From: Lama guanicoe
Taxonomy: Eukaryota
DNA length: 64,000 nt
Direction: 5' to 3'
Assembly: GCA_013239625.1 (NCBI GenBank)
Contig: MU054323.1
Span: forward strand, 9,041,220-9,105,219
A model generated the notes under the pieces. It was given only the letters and a program-made list of their open reading frames with translations, did no database searches and was not told where the DNA came from. Made by a program: the position numbers and the translations under genes. This document shows positions 9,151 through 22,239 of the stretch, in pieces (the stretch's first letter is position 1; every line of letters begins with the position of its first letter).

Positions 9151-12100
9151 ACTGAATTTCACACACCATTGCTCTCAGCTGAGTGCCCTTCGACTCAGCT
9201 TTTCTTTCTAAAAAGTGAGTTTTGTTTTCTCTTCACTGAAAATTAGCATAAGGTATCTGAGAGTCTAAGCATGATGAGTGCTTGGAGATTTCCATTTAAA
9301 AAAAATCAGATATTCTTATTTTTACTTTCTGGGGTGTTCTCCCCCCAGCTGTTGCTCTCCTGAAAGCAAGCTGTCCCATTTTTGCCAGTCTCAAGTGCTG
9401 CGCGTCCTCGTGGCTGTGCCGAGTGGAACGGGCGTTCATCCGTGTTCCGGCGCACGGCCCACGCGCGTGCCTGCGCCACTGACTCCTTCCCAAATCACGC
9501 CTGTGTCACTCTGGGGTTAATGGCTTATGATTTGCCAAACAGAATTCTCAGGAAAGGTATGTGGCTAATGTGGCTTCACACAGGCTTTGTTCCCTGAAGG
9601 CTGGGAGTTACAGGAATCATGGTAAGAAACAGTGGCTAAGGTTGTGGGTAGGGGGCTACCCACAAGTAATGTTGGAATGAAATAATAATATAGTTGACAT
9701 TTATTAATCTTTACTACCTGCAAGGCTTTGTGCTACGCATTTTGCAGGAATGATCTCGTTTAAGTGATACAATAACCCTATGATATTAGTACTATTATCA
9801 CTTGATAGAAAACTTGAGTTCATGTAAGGCGCAGGGGCTGGGGTTCTGATGCACTGAGCCAGAACCAACTGCAAATTAAAAGGGGGTGCTGGCTTTTCCA
9901 AAGTGACATTTTGGTCACTTGTTGAAATGGACAAGTTATTTTATTTTGAGCCAATGGAGGGTAAAAATGCAGTGAAAATAGGCCCTTATATTGCTGGCAA
10001 CAGTTTAATTCAAATAGTCTTAAAGAAAGCCATTTGTTTACATGTATCAAGAGACTTAAAAATGTTCATACTTTTTACCTTAGAGCAGTTCCACTCATGG
10101 GAGTCTATCTAATCCAAGAAAACAAATAAATGAAAAAGTAATATTTGGCATTATGATAGGCAAAATTTGGGCATGACTTAAATATCCTTCAGTAAGGGTA
10201 TGATTAAATAAGTCATGAAAAGAATTATGACTATCTCATGCTGGAATATTATAGTGTCATGAAAATGGTGGTTATGCTATCTATGATTATGTTAGAATAT
10301 TGGGATTAATGTGATTTTTCTTTTTCATTCTTTCTTTAATGTGGTTTATTTTTTGTAGTACAAGTTATATTTCTGTAAGAGCTGGGAAACGGTTGGAAAT
10401 GATCAAAAGAATCTGTTTCCTTTCTCCTCTCTGGACTTGAGTTTCTACCTCTATAAATAAAACAGTTAAACTAGAAGTTGATGACTTCTAAGTCATCCCA
10501 GTTCTAATGTTGTGTATTCTCTGATACATGCAAATGGCTCTTTTTGTTATAGATGCAAAGCCAAAATTCAGTCTTCAAGCTAAAAATGGACAAATCAGAC
10601 TAGAACCTATTTTGTGATCCTGAGCTCAGGTTATGCTTACATGTGTCAAAGCCTCCATATTTATCTGAAAAAGAAGAAAACAGAATGCTGTCTGAATCAG
10701 CATAGACATACCTTTAGGCTCAGTGTTCCCACTGGGAAGTCAAGGGCCCCAGACTTGGGGGTCCTGGCACTGGGTGTCTAAGCAGTGACTTCCCAGCTCA
10801 TCCCAGTGTTGAGGGGTTATCTTAGACCAGCTCCCTCATTCCCCTGCTATGAGCTTGTTACATGGAGACCAAGTAGGAATTCTCTGACCCTGGGAAATAA
10901 GTGAGGCTAGCAATCAGGGGAAGCATGTTGTAAGTTCATTGACCTGGAGAAGCGTGTGTGTGTGTGAAGGGAAAGGCCTGGAAGAATGCCACTCTGCTGG
11001 CACAGCCTTCGTCAGAGCCCTGAAAAGGGCTGAGTGGGCTCTGACTCAGCTCTGTGACTCACTCCCCGTGCTGCCGTCTCCATGCTCTGGGTGCATCCTC
11101 TGGACCATTTCAGCTCAGCCTCCAGAGGAGGAAGGCAAGATTTGGGCCAACACCTCCGGATGACTCACCCTGCTGAGCTGGAAGAAGGGGGCCAAACCCC
11201 CCTCTCCTGCACCCCTCATCAAGCCCTGCCTCCCCGGCGGCTGCCATGCAGCCCCAGACCTCATGCTTAGGTTATGGCTGCTCTACGAGAGGCCCCCACC
11301 CAGGCGCTATACACCCCTACTCAAACTGCCATAATGTCCTTGGTCCCTTCACCTGTTGTCCCCTGTGCTTCTTGTGGGTGTCTGAGGTCAGCTTGTAAGG
11401 CTCTCCCAGATTGCTTGTCAGTCTGTTTTTTGCCTCTCACAGAGCTTTCCCGCTGACAAAATAGTCTTACATCCCTTTTCTCATTTGAGTCTCTGTGAGA
11501 CCCTAAGAAGCCTGGCAGGGCAGCAAATACCACCCTTCTACAGGGGAGGGCATGGAAGGTCAAAGATACGAAGGAACTATGAAAGAGACTCATGAAGGAC
11601 ACCGAGGCTGGGGTGGATCGAGGCTAGCCGGGGAAGGGCAGAGCTGCAAGGCTTTTGGTTGGACAGTGGGCTAGGGCAGGGGGACGGTGCTGGCCAGTTT
11701 GTGACATGACAAGCAGTGTGACTGCCTGAGGGCTAGGCAGATGAGGTGTTTTGACTTTATCCTGAGACCAGTGGGAAAGCACTGAGGGGTTTTCAGCAGG
11801 GGACCTGGGTGTGGTGTGGCAGGGAACTGGAGCAGGGCAAGCTGGGAGGCTGTTTCCCTAGTTCAGAGGAGAGCAGATGGTCTGCCTGTGCAGTGGCTCC
11901 TGGGATGGTGTCAACCCTGAGAAAATTGTATATATTTACTCCTGTCAAGGGGTCGGAGTGTTCTCTTTATGGTGACTGGAGCCAGGCAGTGGGTGAGATG
12001 GGTCAGGGAAGAGGGAGGGACACTGGGGACACCAGCCCTTAAGAACCAATGCAGGTTGGCCCTGCAACAATAATACCCTCACAAGATGGCAGGTCATAAT

Positions 12101-12421
12101 GTTAAAGCACCAGCTGGCGTGACCTCCGTCCCTGCGGACAAGACCCTGTGAAGGAGACAGGTTACTCTTGCCTCACAGAGGCTCAAGGGTGACATGACCT
12201 AAGGAGACCCCTAGTCCTCCCTCCGTCATGGTTCCTCTCCTCCTTCCACCCAAGGCGGGGCTGCACGGGTCACCACCCAGGAACTGAGGACACAGCCTTG
12301 GCAGGCAGCCAGCAAGTGGCCTCTTGGGAGAGTTCCAGGAACCTCCAGTGGGCCCTGGCTGCGGGCTCTGGGAAGGGCTGGGCTCCCTCAGCCCTTTTAG
12401 CCTTGGAGGATGGTAGAGGGG

Positions 12422-12620
12422 TAGGGTTTCCAGATAAAATATGGGATGTCCAGTTAAATTTGGATTTCAGATCAACAACAAATACTTTTTAGTATAAGTA
12501 TATCCCAAACATTCCATGAGACATACTTATATTTTTAAAGTATTTGATGCTTATCTGAAATTCAAGTCTAACCGGATGTCTGTCCTGTATTTTTATTTGC
12601 TAAATACAGGACAGACACCC
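12422..12620. mobile_element. MER53 palindromic MITE
   Basis: tagggtttccagataaaatatgggatgtccagttaaatttggatttcagat...tagtataagtatatcccaa...gacatacttata...ttatctgaaattcaagtctaacc...ctgtatttttatttgctaaat. It is a near-full-length inverted repeat matching the MER53 consensus as I recall it. Confidence 0.85.
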
Positions 12621-14989
12621 ATAGGAGTACCTTACTGCCCCTGCATGCCAGGGCTTTGGGGATTTTCCTTCATCTGAGGCAATGGTAAGACCCAGCCTGT
12701 GCATCCCTCAGCCTGCCCTGGGGCTGTATGCGGGGCTCAGGGTCAGCTGGGGAGACATACCCCATCCCTGATGGCCTTCTAGCTTCTGGCTCAGCCCAGC
12801 AGGCATTTAACCCAGGCTACTGTGGCCTTCCACGTGCCAGTGGTTCCCTGCTTGGGTGGGCAGCCCTCTGCCTCTGATCGTGAGGCCTAACAAGGGAGGG
12901 GATCAGGGCTCTCTGCTCTGCTCTGGCCGGCAGCATCTTGCCAGGCCTGGTAGCAGCCCTCAGCCAGCTGGCAGCTTGCACTGTGGGACCCAGACTGAGG
13001 ACTGGAGGAAAAGGGAAATTGTAAGCTCTGCTTTGGGCTTAGCGTGGTGGAGTGTGTGTTTGTTCAGAGGCCTATGTTAGCCCTGGCCTGGGCTTTACAG
13101 AGTTCAAGGTGTTTTTGCATGTCTGAACTCATTTGACCCTCACCGTCTCCTGTCAGGTGGACAAGGAGGGTATTTCAGCCGTCTCCTCTGTTACGGATGA
13201 ATGAACCGGGGCTGAGAGAGGTTCAGTCTTTGCCCAGAGTGACATCCTATCACGTGTGAATGGCAACTTCACCCTTGCGTGGAGCCAAGTGGTAATGGGA
13301 GTTGACACTCTGGGAGAAGTTTCTCTGTTCCCACGGTAGGGGGCAGACCTGAGGCCTTGCTTTGAGAACCTGGTGGACGAGTCTACTGCCCTGCCCAGGC
13401 CAAAGGCAAGACAGACAGCTGGCAGCTCTCACTGGCGGACCTTGGAGAGCTTCCTCAGGATGCATCTTATCTCTACCCTCCCCAGACCTGGAGTGGGTGG
13501 CAGAGATCGTGGTGAGGACCTTCCTGGGGCAGCAGGACAGGGTACTGTGTGCTGAGTGAGGATCTGGGTCAGTCACAGCAGAGTCTCGGTGACTGTTGAA
13601 CCAGGCTTTGAAGGGGGAAGACACAGTGATGTGTGTGGCCAAAACTGCATATGTGAAGAGTTGTGTATGTTTATTCCACAGGTATTTTCTGAGCGTCCAC
13701 TACATGCCAGTCACCATTCTAGACACTGGGGATACGGCAGGATAGAACAAATACGCTTACAGAGATGCCTCACAGATTTTCTTCTCTTGCTTGTGAGCTG
13801 ACTGTCTTGACTCCACAAATGGAGTGTTAAATTCAGCCCCTTTATCAGCTTCTAGAAAAATATCCTTTCCCACCAAACATGGGGTGGGGGTAGGGCGTGT
13901 ATGTGGGGGGAGGGTCATTTTACTGAAGATTTATGAGGCCACGATGAGAGGCCATCACTCCTCTCACAGCCTCTCACTCTGTGCATCAATCCTCAGTGTA
14001 CATGACCCTTCTCCCAAGTCTCCCTTTGGCTCTTCAGCCATTCTGGGTTGGGGATGCACATCCCTCCCTCCCCCCTGATTCCCACCCCTGCCTCCCAACC
14101 TAGCCAGCTTTTCTCTTGCGGCTTTCTCCCAAACATCCAATCTTGGGAGGGAAGGCTTTTGGGTCATTCTCCTGTCACTGTTTAGCCTTGAAGGACACAG
14201 TCTCTTTCTGTAAGGCCCCTACTTTCTGCCTTGGGGATGTTGTCCCTAATCCCACTTCTATTTCTCAGAATTATTCCTGGGTGAAATGGCCTCGTATCTG
14301 AAAAGAATTGTTCTCAGAACCCTCCAGCACCGTGGGTCAGGTCAACCAGAGACACACTTGACAGCGACTTGCTCTCAGTGTTAGATCAGCCAGTGGAAGA
14401 CCAAGCCCAGTGTGTTTATGGGAGGAAAAGTTGAGCTGCTCCCCTATACTTTGAATTTGGAGTTAATTTAGAACCTTGTTCTCATTCTTTTGTTAATAAA
14501 ATTAAACAATAAACACATACTACCATCAAAAGAACATTGACAGCCTGTGTTTATGTGTTTATGTTGTGTCTGTCTCTAGTGCAACTGCTATGCAGATTTT
14601 TAACAAAATGAGTTTTCACTCAGTGTTGGAGAGTATGATAATCAAAACAAAAAGGGAGGGTGGTTTTTCCCCCTGTGTCTTTCATTCTTGCTCTTTCTCT
14701 TCCTTTTCTTTCTTTTACTTTTTTTTTTTTACACTTTCTCCCTTAAAACAGATGTTGACCCTTCTGTCAACATTGACCTTGGCCATCTCTGACAAGGCCA
14801 AGGGAGAGAAACTGGGTTCTAAGAAGGTCTGTGTTCACTCTGCGAAGATCCCAACCAGGAGCCAGGCAAATAGTCTTTTCATCCACTGTTCTGAGGGGCT
14901 TTGCTGCTCTGCCCCCACCCTCCCTGAAAAGGACCTCCTGTGTGACTTGGACACTTGAAACTGGTGCCTGGGACAAGATAGGTGTGAAT

Positions 14990-15085
14990 GAGGAAAGCAA
15001 GCAGAGGGAAGAGGAAAGCAAGCAGAGGGAAAAGAAAAGAAGGGAAAGGAAAGGAATAGAAAAGGGAAGGAAAGAAAAAAAGGAA
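14990..15085 (+). repeat. Polypurine tract starting with a 21-bp tandem duplication
   Basis: gaggaaagcaagcagagggaa x2 (14990-15031), then a GA-rich tract. Confidence 0.8.
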
Positions 15086-15159
15086 CAATGAGACTAGAGA
15101 ATCAGTGTAAACTTTGTGAGCTCAGTGACAAGGATGACATACACTGATCACTTACACAT

Positions 15160-16350
15160 TGTAATTAGGAGTTGGATCTTTTGGCTGAAAGTAATTGAAT
15201 CACAGCTGTAATTAGCTTGGGCCCCAAAGGAGATGGAGTTGGCTCACGTAAGCTGACTGTGGAGACAACAGAGAGGGAACAACTGGGTTCGTGGACACCC
15301 TCAGGACTCACCCTCCCCTCATGGGTGTTGGTTCCTCTGCAGCTCTCAGGGCTGGGCCAGAGAGGAGAGGGCTCCTCCCACCAGCTCCAGTACTGACATA
15401 AATCCCTAAGACATCTCGGCCAACAGCAGCATTCCAGTTTTCAATCATCAGATTTGGAAAGTGTTAAACTCTGATACTCTCAGCTATCGGTGAAGGAACA
15501 GGAAAGTGAGGACATTAATGCTCTGCTACCCTGCTGGAGGGGGTGTGAATTGTCCTAGCCACTTTGGGCGGACAGCTGGCGCTATTTATTATGATTTTAA
15601 ATGTGGATCCTATTGTTCCGGTGATGCCACTTCTCAAAATCCAGACCAGTAACTCTCACACATGTGCATAAGGAAATACCGGGAAGGATATTATTTGAAG
15701 TGTTATCTGTGGCCCCAAATTAGAAATAACTTAAATGTCCATCTTTAAACCATGGTATATTTTATATTCTGGAAATATGGAAACTGTTAAAAAGAATGTA
15801 ATATGTATTGACATCAACTCCTGAGGTATTTTGGTGAATGACTGAAGTGATTTGCAGAATGATACATACACTATGGTATCACCCAAGCATAAACAAAAAC
15901 AAAACTTTGAAGTAATAATAGATATATCTATGTATATGTTTATAACATATTTCTAAATGCATCCAAATGCATAGAAAAAGGTCTGGTGAGGGACTAAAAT
16001 TAGGGATGGGGATTGTAGGAGACTGTCAGCTTTGACTATTTTCAATGATAACATACTCATGTATAATTTGTGTATTTATACTTAATTTTTAAAACTGAAA
16101 AAGCTAAAGCTATGGAGGCATTCTGATTGGTTAGAGTTGGGTCATTCCTAGGCTAATCACTGTGGCCAAGGGACTCCTAGGGTTCTCTGACTGGCCCCAG
16201 CCGGGTTACACACTCACCCCTGTGGACAGTGGAGCAGTACACTTGATTAGCAGCTCCTTGCATAGTTAGATGTTGGAGTGGTGAAAGAGCAGTTCCCCCA
16301 AAGAAGGGAGGTGCTGCTGTAGGCAGACAAAATAATAAACCTCCACAGTG
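15160..16350. mobile_element. MaLR (MLT1-type) LTR split by an old L1 (L1ME-like) 3' fragment at ~15415-16100
   Basis: MLT1-like start (ttttggctgaaagtaa..; ttggctcacgtaa) at ~15160-15400 and continuation (tctgattggttagagttgggtca..ctaatcactgtggccaaggg..ctgactggcc) at ~16110-16350. Between them is L1 ORF2-end/3'UTR sequence (ccccaaattagaaataacttaaatgtccatc). Confidence 0.6.
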
Positions 16351-19300
16351 AAAGCTTTGGAGCCAGCATTATCTTTGTGGGTTTGTGTAGGTGTCATTCA
16401 AGGCTGAAATACTTTGTTCAGTGTCTTTCTATTACAATATAGGACGAGGATTTGTTTTGCTCACTGCTATATCCCCAGAACCCATGAAAGTTCTGGGTAT
16501 GTGGTAGCTGCTAGGTATAATAGATAGTGGTTGAATGGGGACACCACTATCATAGTCTGTGATTATTTTAATAGTAATCTACAGATGGACAGCTGCAAAG
16601 GCCACTCCTCCCAATGCTATCCACAAGCACAGAGGGAGAAAGGGAGAGGAAGACAAATCACCAGTGCGGGACTCCTCCCTAGGCCAGGAAGTCGCCATGA
16701 CAGATCCTGGGACAGTGTTTGACAATGACCTGGACAGGTGTGGGGTTGGCCAGGGAAGTATCTTCAACCCAGTCACTCATACCCTCTCATGATTTAGCGG
16801 TGCTTCCTTTGCAGGCTACTGAGAGTTTGCAAATGCTCCCTTAGCCAGTGTAATAGCCTCGCAGATCAGCTGTGGGAGATGGGGCCACAAGGGAAGAGAA
16901 GGTGGCAAAAAGGGCCAGGTCACCCAGGGTGAGTGACCCTTGGGGGAGTCACATAACTCACCTAACCCTTGGGGGAGAATCCTTCCATCCTCTGCAAAGT
17001 GAGGAGGATATCATAAGCAATCTCTCTGTGACCCAGTGAACATGCCCCTCTGCTATTTCCATTATGCTGTAAACATGGAGGCGTCAACCACAACCCTGAG
17101 AAGCCCGGTTTTCTGAGGGAGCCCCCCCCATGGAGAGAGAAAAGCAGAGTCCCAAGGACTGAACCTTAGGGGGTACCCTCAGTGGGGAAGGAGGGATTTG
17201 TGAAGGGCACAGTGGAAAAGGATTGGTCCAGGGGAAGAATGATTGGCAGCTGGAGGTCAGGAAAACCAAGAGTGCAGAGGATTCCGGGAAGGGGGCCCCT
17301 GGCAGTGTTAACATTCCACTTGTGCTATTGGAGCCATGATGCTCTGGAAACAGAATGGTTCCAGAAAACAAGTGCAGAGGAGAAAAAGGGAAGTGGTGTC
17401 CAGTTCTCCCTTGGGAACATTCCTAGCTGTATCTAGCCTGCGAGGTGAGCCCAGGGAAAACTGGGTAGACCTTTTCCTCCCTCCCACCCCTCTTCTAGGT
17501 GCTGGCTGGCCTCCGCTTGGGGGAACAGCATTCTGCCCCAGGTCTATGAGCACGGAAGTCTCAATCCCGAGCCCCAGGTCTGATCTCAGTCCCTGTCATC
17601 CCCTCTGCAAGAGAACTGGGTCCTACTGAGTCCTGTGCCCTTCTCCCTCCCACCTCTCTACTGTGGATGAGCTGAGGTCCTGCCTGGAAGGGCTCAGCCA
17701 GCTGGAACCTTTCTTCCCAGGCCTGGCCTCCTGAGGGCGTGATGGCAGGATGAGCTTCCTTTAGCCAGGTCCAGAGCGTGGCTGCCCAGAACCTCTGTGT
17801 CTCAGACCACACACTTATCCTCTCCATGGTCTCCCCTCACATGAAGACACCCCCAGTCTCTGTGCCTCCTCTGCTTTTGAGCTCCCAGAATGCCTCTCAC
17901 TTGAGAATACTTGCTGAGTGGAGAACTAGGGGAGAAATAGTATGATTTTAAGACAGAGCATTAAAGTATTATAATGTTATACAAACATCAGTATAGAATA
18001 CACAAATAGTATAATATTGTAATGTATATAACATACATATTTTTATATAGTTTATATTTGGGGGTTGAAGCTTTACTGTAAATACACAATTTTGTATCCC
18101 CCCCCTTTTTTTGTCACCTAGCACCAAATCCCAAGCATTTTTCCTGATCATAAAAAACTTGTGAAGGCATTTTAATTAAGGCCAGGGGAGGCCAGTGTAG
18201 AAACCACTGTGTATTTGTAGGCAAAGGAGAAGGTGTGAGGGGAGAGAGGAAGTGGAAGGATGCTGTAGGGTGAAGGGAGCATCTTCCTTCCAAAAGTCCA
18301 GGTGGGGCCAGGGCCATGAGGGATGGTGCCAAGGTGGTCAGGGCTGGAGGTGTCCTGGATGAGGAGGTGGATTGGCCCCTGCTTTTATTCTCACTCCTGC
18401 ACATGCTCTGTGACCCTGGAGACCAAGCAGTGAGTCTACACCCTTCAGGTTTGATGGATTTTCTGGTTGAAGAAACTTGATAATTTCAGCTTTTGCAACC
18501 AAATGGATTTAGTTGCTGAACGCTGGGCTGAATCTGGCTTGGCTGAGTCTTCTGTAAGGAACCCAGGGGAATTCAAGTTGTGCATTATTTAGTGGAGAAG
18601 AGAAACCAAGCCAGATAGCTCACGAACTGCGCAGACTCCAGGATGCGTTTTCAGACACCTTTCTTTCACTTCCCACCACCCTGTCCCCTCCCCAGCCCTC
18701 TGATCACTGGCCACCTTGACTCCCACAGCTGAGGTTCTGCACCAACGAACACCTCCATCCTCTGCTGTGACCATTATCCAGCATTTGATGAATGTCTTTC
18801 ATTCATTCAAAGTACTTATCCTGTATGAGATCCTATATTAAGCTGTTGTTATAAGACACATCTTTGTCCTCAAGAAGCTTCCATCTACCCAGCAGTCAGT
18901 TTGAGGGACCACAGAGATCACTGAAATTTTTGTCTGGATGACAGACCCCTCTGTGAACTGATGACAGCTTTGCATGATTCCCCAGAAAAATATACATGTG
19001 TATAGAAATTTGCAGACAATTGAGGGCAGCACCAACCTCCTGAAGCCTATTTACAATTTAAAGGACTATGTTCCCTAAATTGCAAATGCTTGATCTAATT
19101 TAACTGTCTCATTTTATAGATCTGGAAACTGAGACCTAGAGAGGGAAATGACTTGTCTGAGGTCACAAAGAGGGTTAGAGACTGAGCCAGCCCTAGAAAC
19201 CAGGATTACTGGCTCCTCAGACACTGCTCCACCAGGCCTGCTCTCTCTTCCCTGTTGGCTGGGAGAACCTAGCTGAAAAGGGGACCTAGGCCAGTTCCCT

Positions 19301-19879
19301 TTTCAGCTGCTAAGCCCAGTGGTGCCCAGCCTCCAGGATGTCTTCCTCACCAGCCGTCTGGTCCTGGGGAATGTGGGCTGGTGGTGCTCCCTGAACAGTT
19401 GCTCTGACCCTGACCACCCCAACTGGTTCCCCCCAGACGTCAAGGGAAATGTTCTGGAGGGAACAGGATGTGTTTTTCTGCAAAATCATTTGTCTCACAA
19501 GATGATTTGCATACTGGTGGGGACACATATGTCATTCCCTGCCCATTTCCTCCCTAGAGAAAAGTGTTCCCATCACAGCTTTCCCTGCCAGGGAGGAGGC
19601 AGCTGTGTGGGCCAGTCCCAGCCCCAGGGGACGACTTTCTGATAGAGGGGAATCAAATGTTAGTGAGGGCTCCCAGAAGTAAGGAGGCTCCTTTGTTTGA
19701 CCTCCCCTCACTCCCAGGGCTTAGCTGGAAGGGGCTCCAGCTCTGGCAGATGGCCCACTCCTGTGATCCCTCGGGCCCTAGGCATCTCACCTGATGTTTT
19801 TATTACATCTTTTGGAGTTCATTTACTGAAGATTCAGCTGCTAGAAGAGAGGAGTGAGGTGAAGATAGGTGAAAACTAG

Positions 19880-20120
19880 TAACAAATACTTAGTACTTAC
19901 TGTGTGCCAGACATTGCTCTAAGCATGTTACAGGTACTGTAAATTTATTTAATCTTCACAACAATCCAGTGAACTTGGGTCTATAATTTTTTTCCATTGT
20001 CTATGTGAGAAATCAAAGTTCAGAGGGGTTAAGTAACTTGCCCAAGGTCACACAGCTCTAAGCTACACAGCCAGGATTTGAACTCAGCCTATCTGCCTCA
20101 GAGGTAGGGACTCTAAATAC
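19880..20120 (-). mobile_element. MIR SINE
   Basis: tactgtgtgccagacattgctctaagc...cagaggggttaagtaacttgcccaaggtcacacagct...ccaggatttgaactcag. Confidence 0.85.
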
Positions 20121-20159
20121 TGATATGAGGGAGAATTAGAAGGTTAGAGGTCCCTTGAC

Positions 20160-20595
20160 AGCTGTGCCATAGTCCAGAAATACTGGCATGACATTCAAGA
20201 CCCCTTATGATCTGGCTCCAGCCACACTGCTATCCCTCCCTGCCTCCTACCATGGTCCATTACCAAAACTGTCCATGAATCTGCCCCAGCTGGTCTGCAC
20301 ATACTGTTTCCTCTGCCCAGACAGCACTTCCCCATTTCCCTGTCTGAAATGTCTATCCACTGAGAACCTCTGAAAACCCTTTCCAACATCTGCACCTTGA
20401 GTCAGACAGGCCCTTTTCTTTTTTTTTTTTCCCAATGTGGCTCTCATCAAATTGTCCTCTAATTATTGGCTAATAAGTCTCTCTCACTTCTAGATGTTGC
20501 CCCAAAGGGCTGATGTCTGTCTTACTCATTTCAGAATCCTCAACACCAAACCCAGTATTTGATATGTGGTAAATATTCAGCAGATGCCTGTTAGG
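20160..20595 (+). mobile_element. L2 LINE 3' fragment
   Basis: ggcatgacattcaagaccccttatgatctggctcca...gatgtctgtcttactcatttcagaatcctcaacacc. Confidence 0.65.
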
Positions 20596-21134
20596 TGCAG
20601 TGGACAAAGCATGATACAAAACACTATGTACAATATGCTCAATATTGTATTACGTGTGCTGTAAATACACCACAACCTGACTATATCCCAAAAATGTTAA
20701 GTGATTTTTCACAGAATTTGGACTTTACAGATGATTTTTATTTCTTTGTATGTGTACATTTTCCAAAACTTCCATAATTAACATGTATTACTTCTGTACT
20801 ACCAAAGGAAAACTATGTTATTTTTAAATTATTTTGGAACGAGTAATAATGCTAATATTTTTTAGGACTTACCACGTAAAAAATTAAGAGCTTTTGTGTA
20901 CTATCTCTAATTCTCACAACAATTCTCCTTGGTTAGTAATAGTGGCATCATTACCATTTTACAGATGGGAAAACTGAGGTCCCAAGAGGTCAAGTAACTC
21001 ACTCAAGGCAACACAGTAAATAGTGGGGTTGAGCTTGGAGTCCAGCTTTCAAACTCCAGAGCTTGAACTACAGCCTCTCTGCAACTACCCTCTAGGGGTA
21101 AGATAGGTAAACGGAAAATCTCTTTTAAAAAAAA

Positions 21135-22200
21135 ATCAACCTTTTATTTTGAAATAATATCAAACTCAGAACAGCTGTGAGAATAGTACAATGACCTTCT
21201 AAATATCCTTCTTCAGGATTTAAGTCATTAATGTTTTTCCACATTTGCTTTATGGCTCACTCTCTCTCTCTGTCTCTCTCCACATATACACATTATTGTT
21301 ATAAGAGCTTTATTGAAGTATTATTCACATCCCATAAAATTCACCCATTTAAGGTGTACAATTCAATGACTTTTAGTGTATTCACAGATACATGCAACTA
21401 TCACCACAGTCAATTTTAGAACATTTTCATCACCTCAGAAAAGAAACCACATACACTTATGATACCTCCCCCTAAATCCAACTCCCTCTAGCCCTAAGGA
21501 ACCGTGAATCCACTCTCTGGCTCTGTAGCTCGACATCATTTATAAATGGAGTGATATAGGCCACTTTTGTGACTCGCTTCTTTAACTTAGCATAATGTTT
21601 TCAAGATTCACCCACATTGTAGCATATATCATACTTCAGTTCTCTTGATAGCTAAATAGCATTCCAGTATATAGATATATGCTACATTTTATTTATTCAT
21701 TCAGCAGTTGATGGACTTCGGGTTTGCTTCTACATTTTGGCTATTATGACTAATGTTGCTATGACTATTCATGTACAAGGGTTTGTGTGGACTTAGGTTT
21801 TCATTTCTCTTGGGCATGTACCTCGGAGTGGATTCCTGAGTCATATGATATCCGTATGCTTAACTGTTTGAGGAATAATAATGTACATATTATTATTATT
21901 ACTTCTGGACCATTTGAGAGTTAAGTTGCAGACATGCCCCTTTATCCCCAAATACTTCAGAGAAAACAAAGGACTTTCTTTTTCATAACTACATTTCAAT
22001 GATCAAATTTATGAAATTTAACATGGATACAATAGTACTATTTATTACTTAGTCCATATTTAAATTTTGCCAATTATGCCCTTAAAAGCAGCGATTTCAC
22101 ACCCCCCCTCCCCCGGCCATCCCGCCATCTAAGATGCAATCCAGGATCAGGCATTGCATTTAGTTCTCATTGTCTGTAGTCTCTCCCAGTTCCTCAGTCC
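21135..22200 (-). mobile_element. Old L1MC-type 3' fragment with a nested L1MB-type 3' fragment (~21300-21878)
   Basis: The host begins ttttattttgaaataatatcaaactc and resumes at ctggaccatttgagagttaagttgcagacatg. The insert begins agctttattgaagtattattcacatcccataaaattcacccatttaaggtgtacaattcaatg and ends gcttaactgtttgaggaa. Confidence 0.75.
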
Positions 22201-22239
22201 TCCTTTACCCTTCTGTGGCTTTGTTAAGATACCCCTCAG

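Noticed and set aside
19319..19642. 107-aa ORF downstream of a plausible acceptor (ccttttcag)
   Set aside because: No recognisable homology, no convincing donor and no partner exon.
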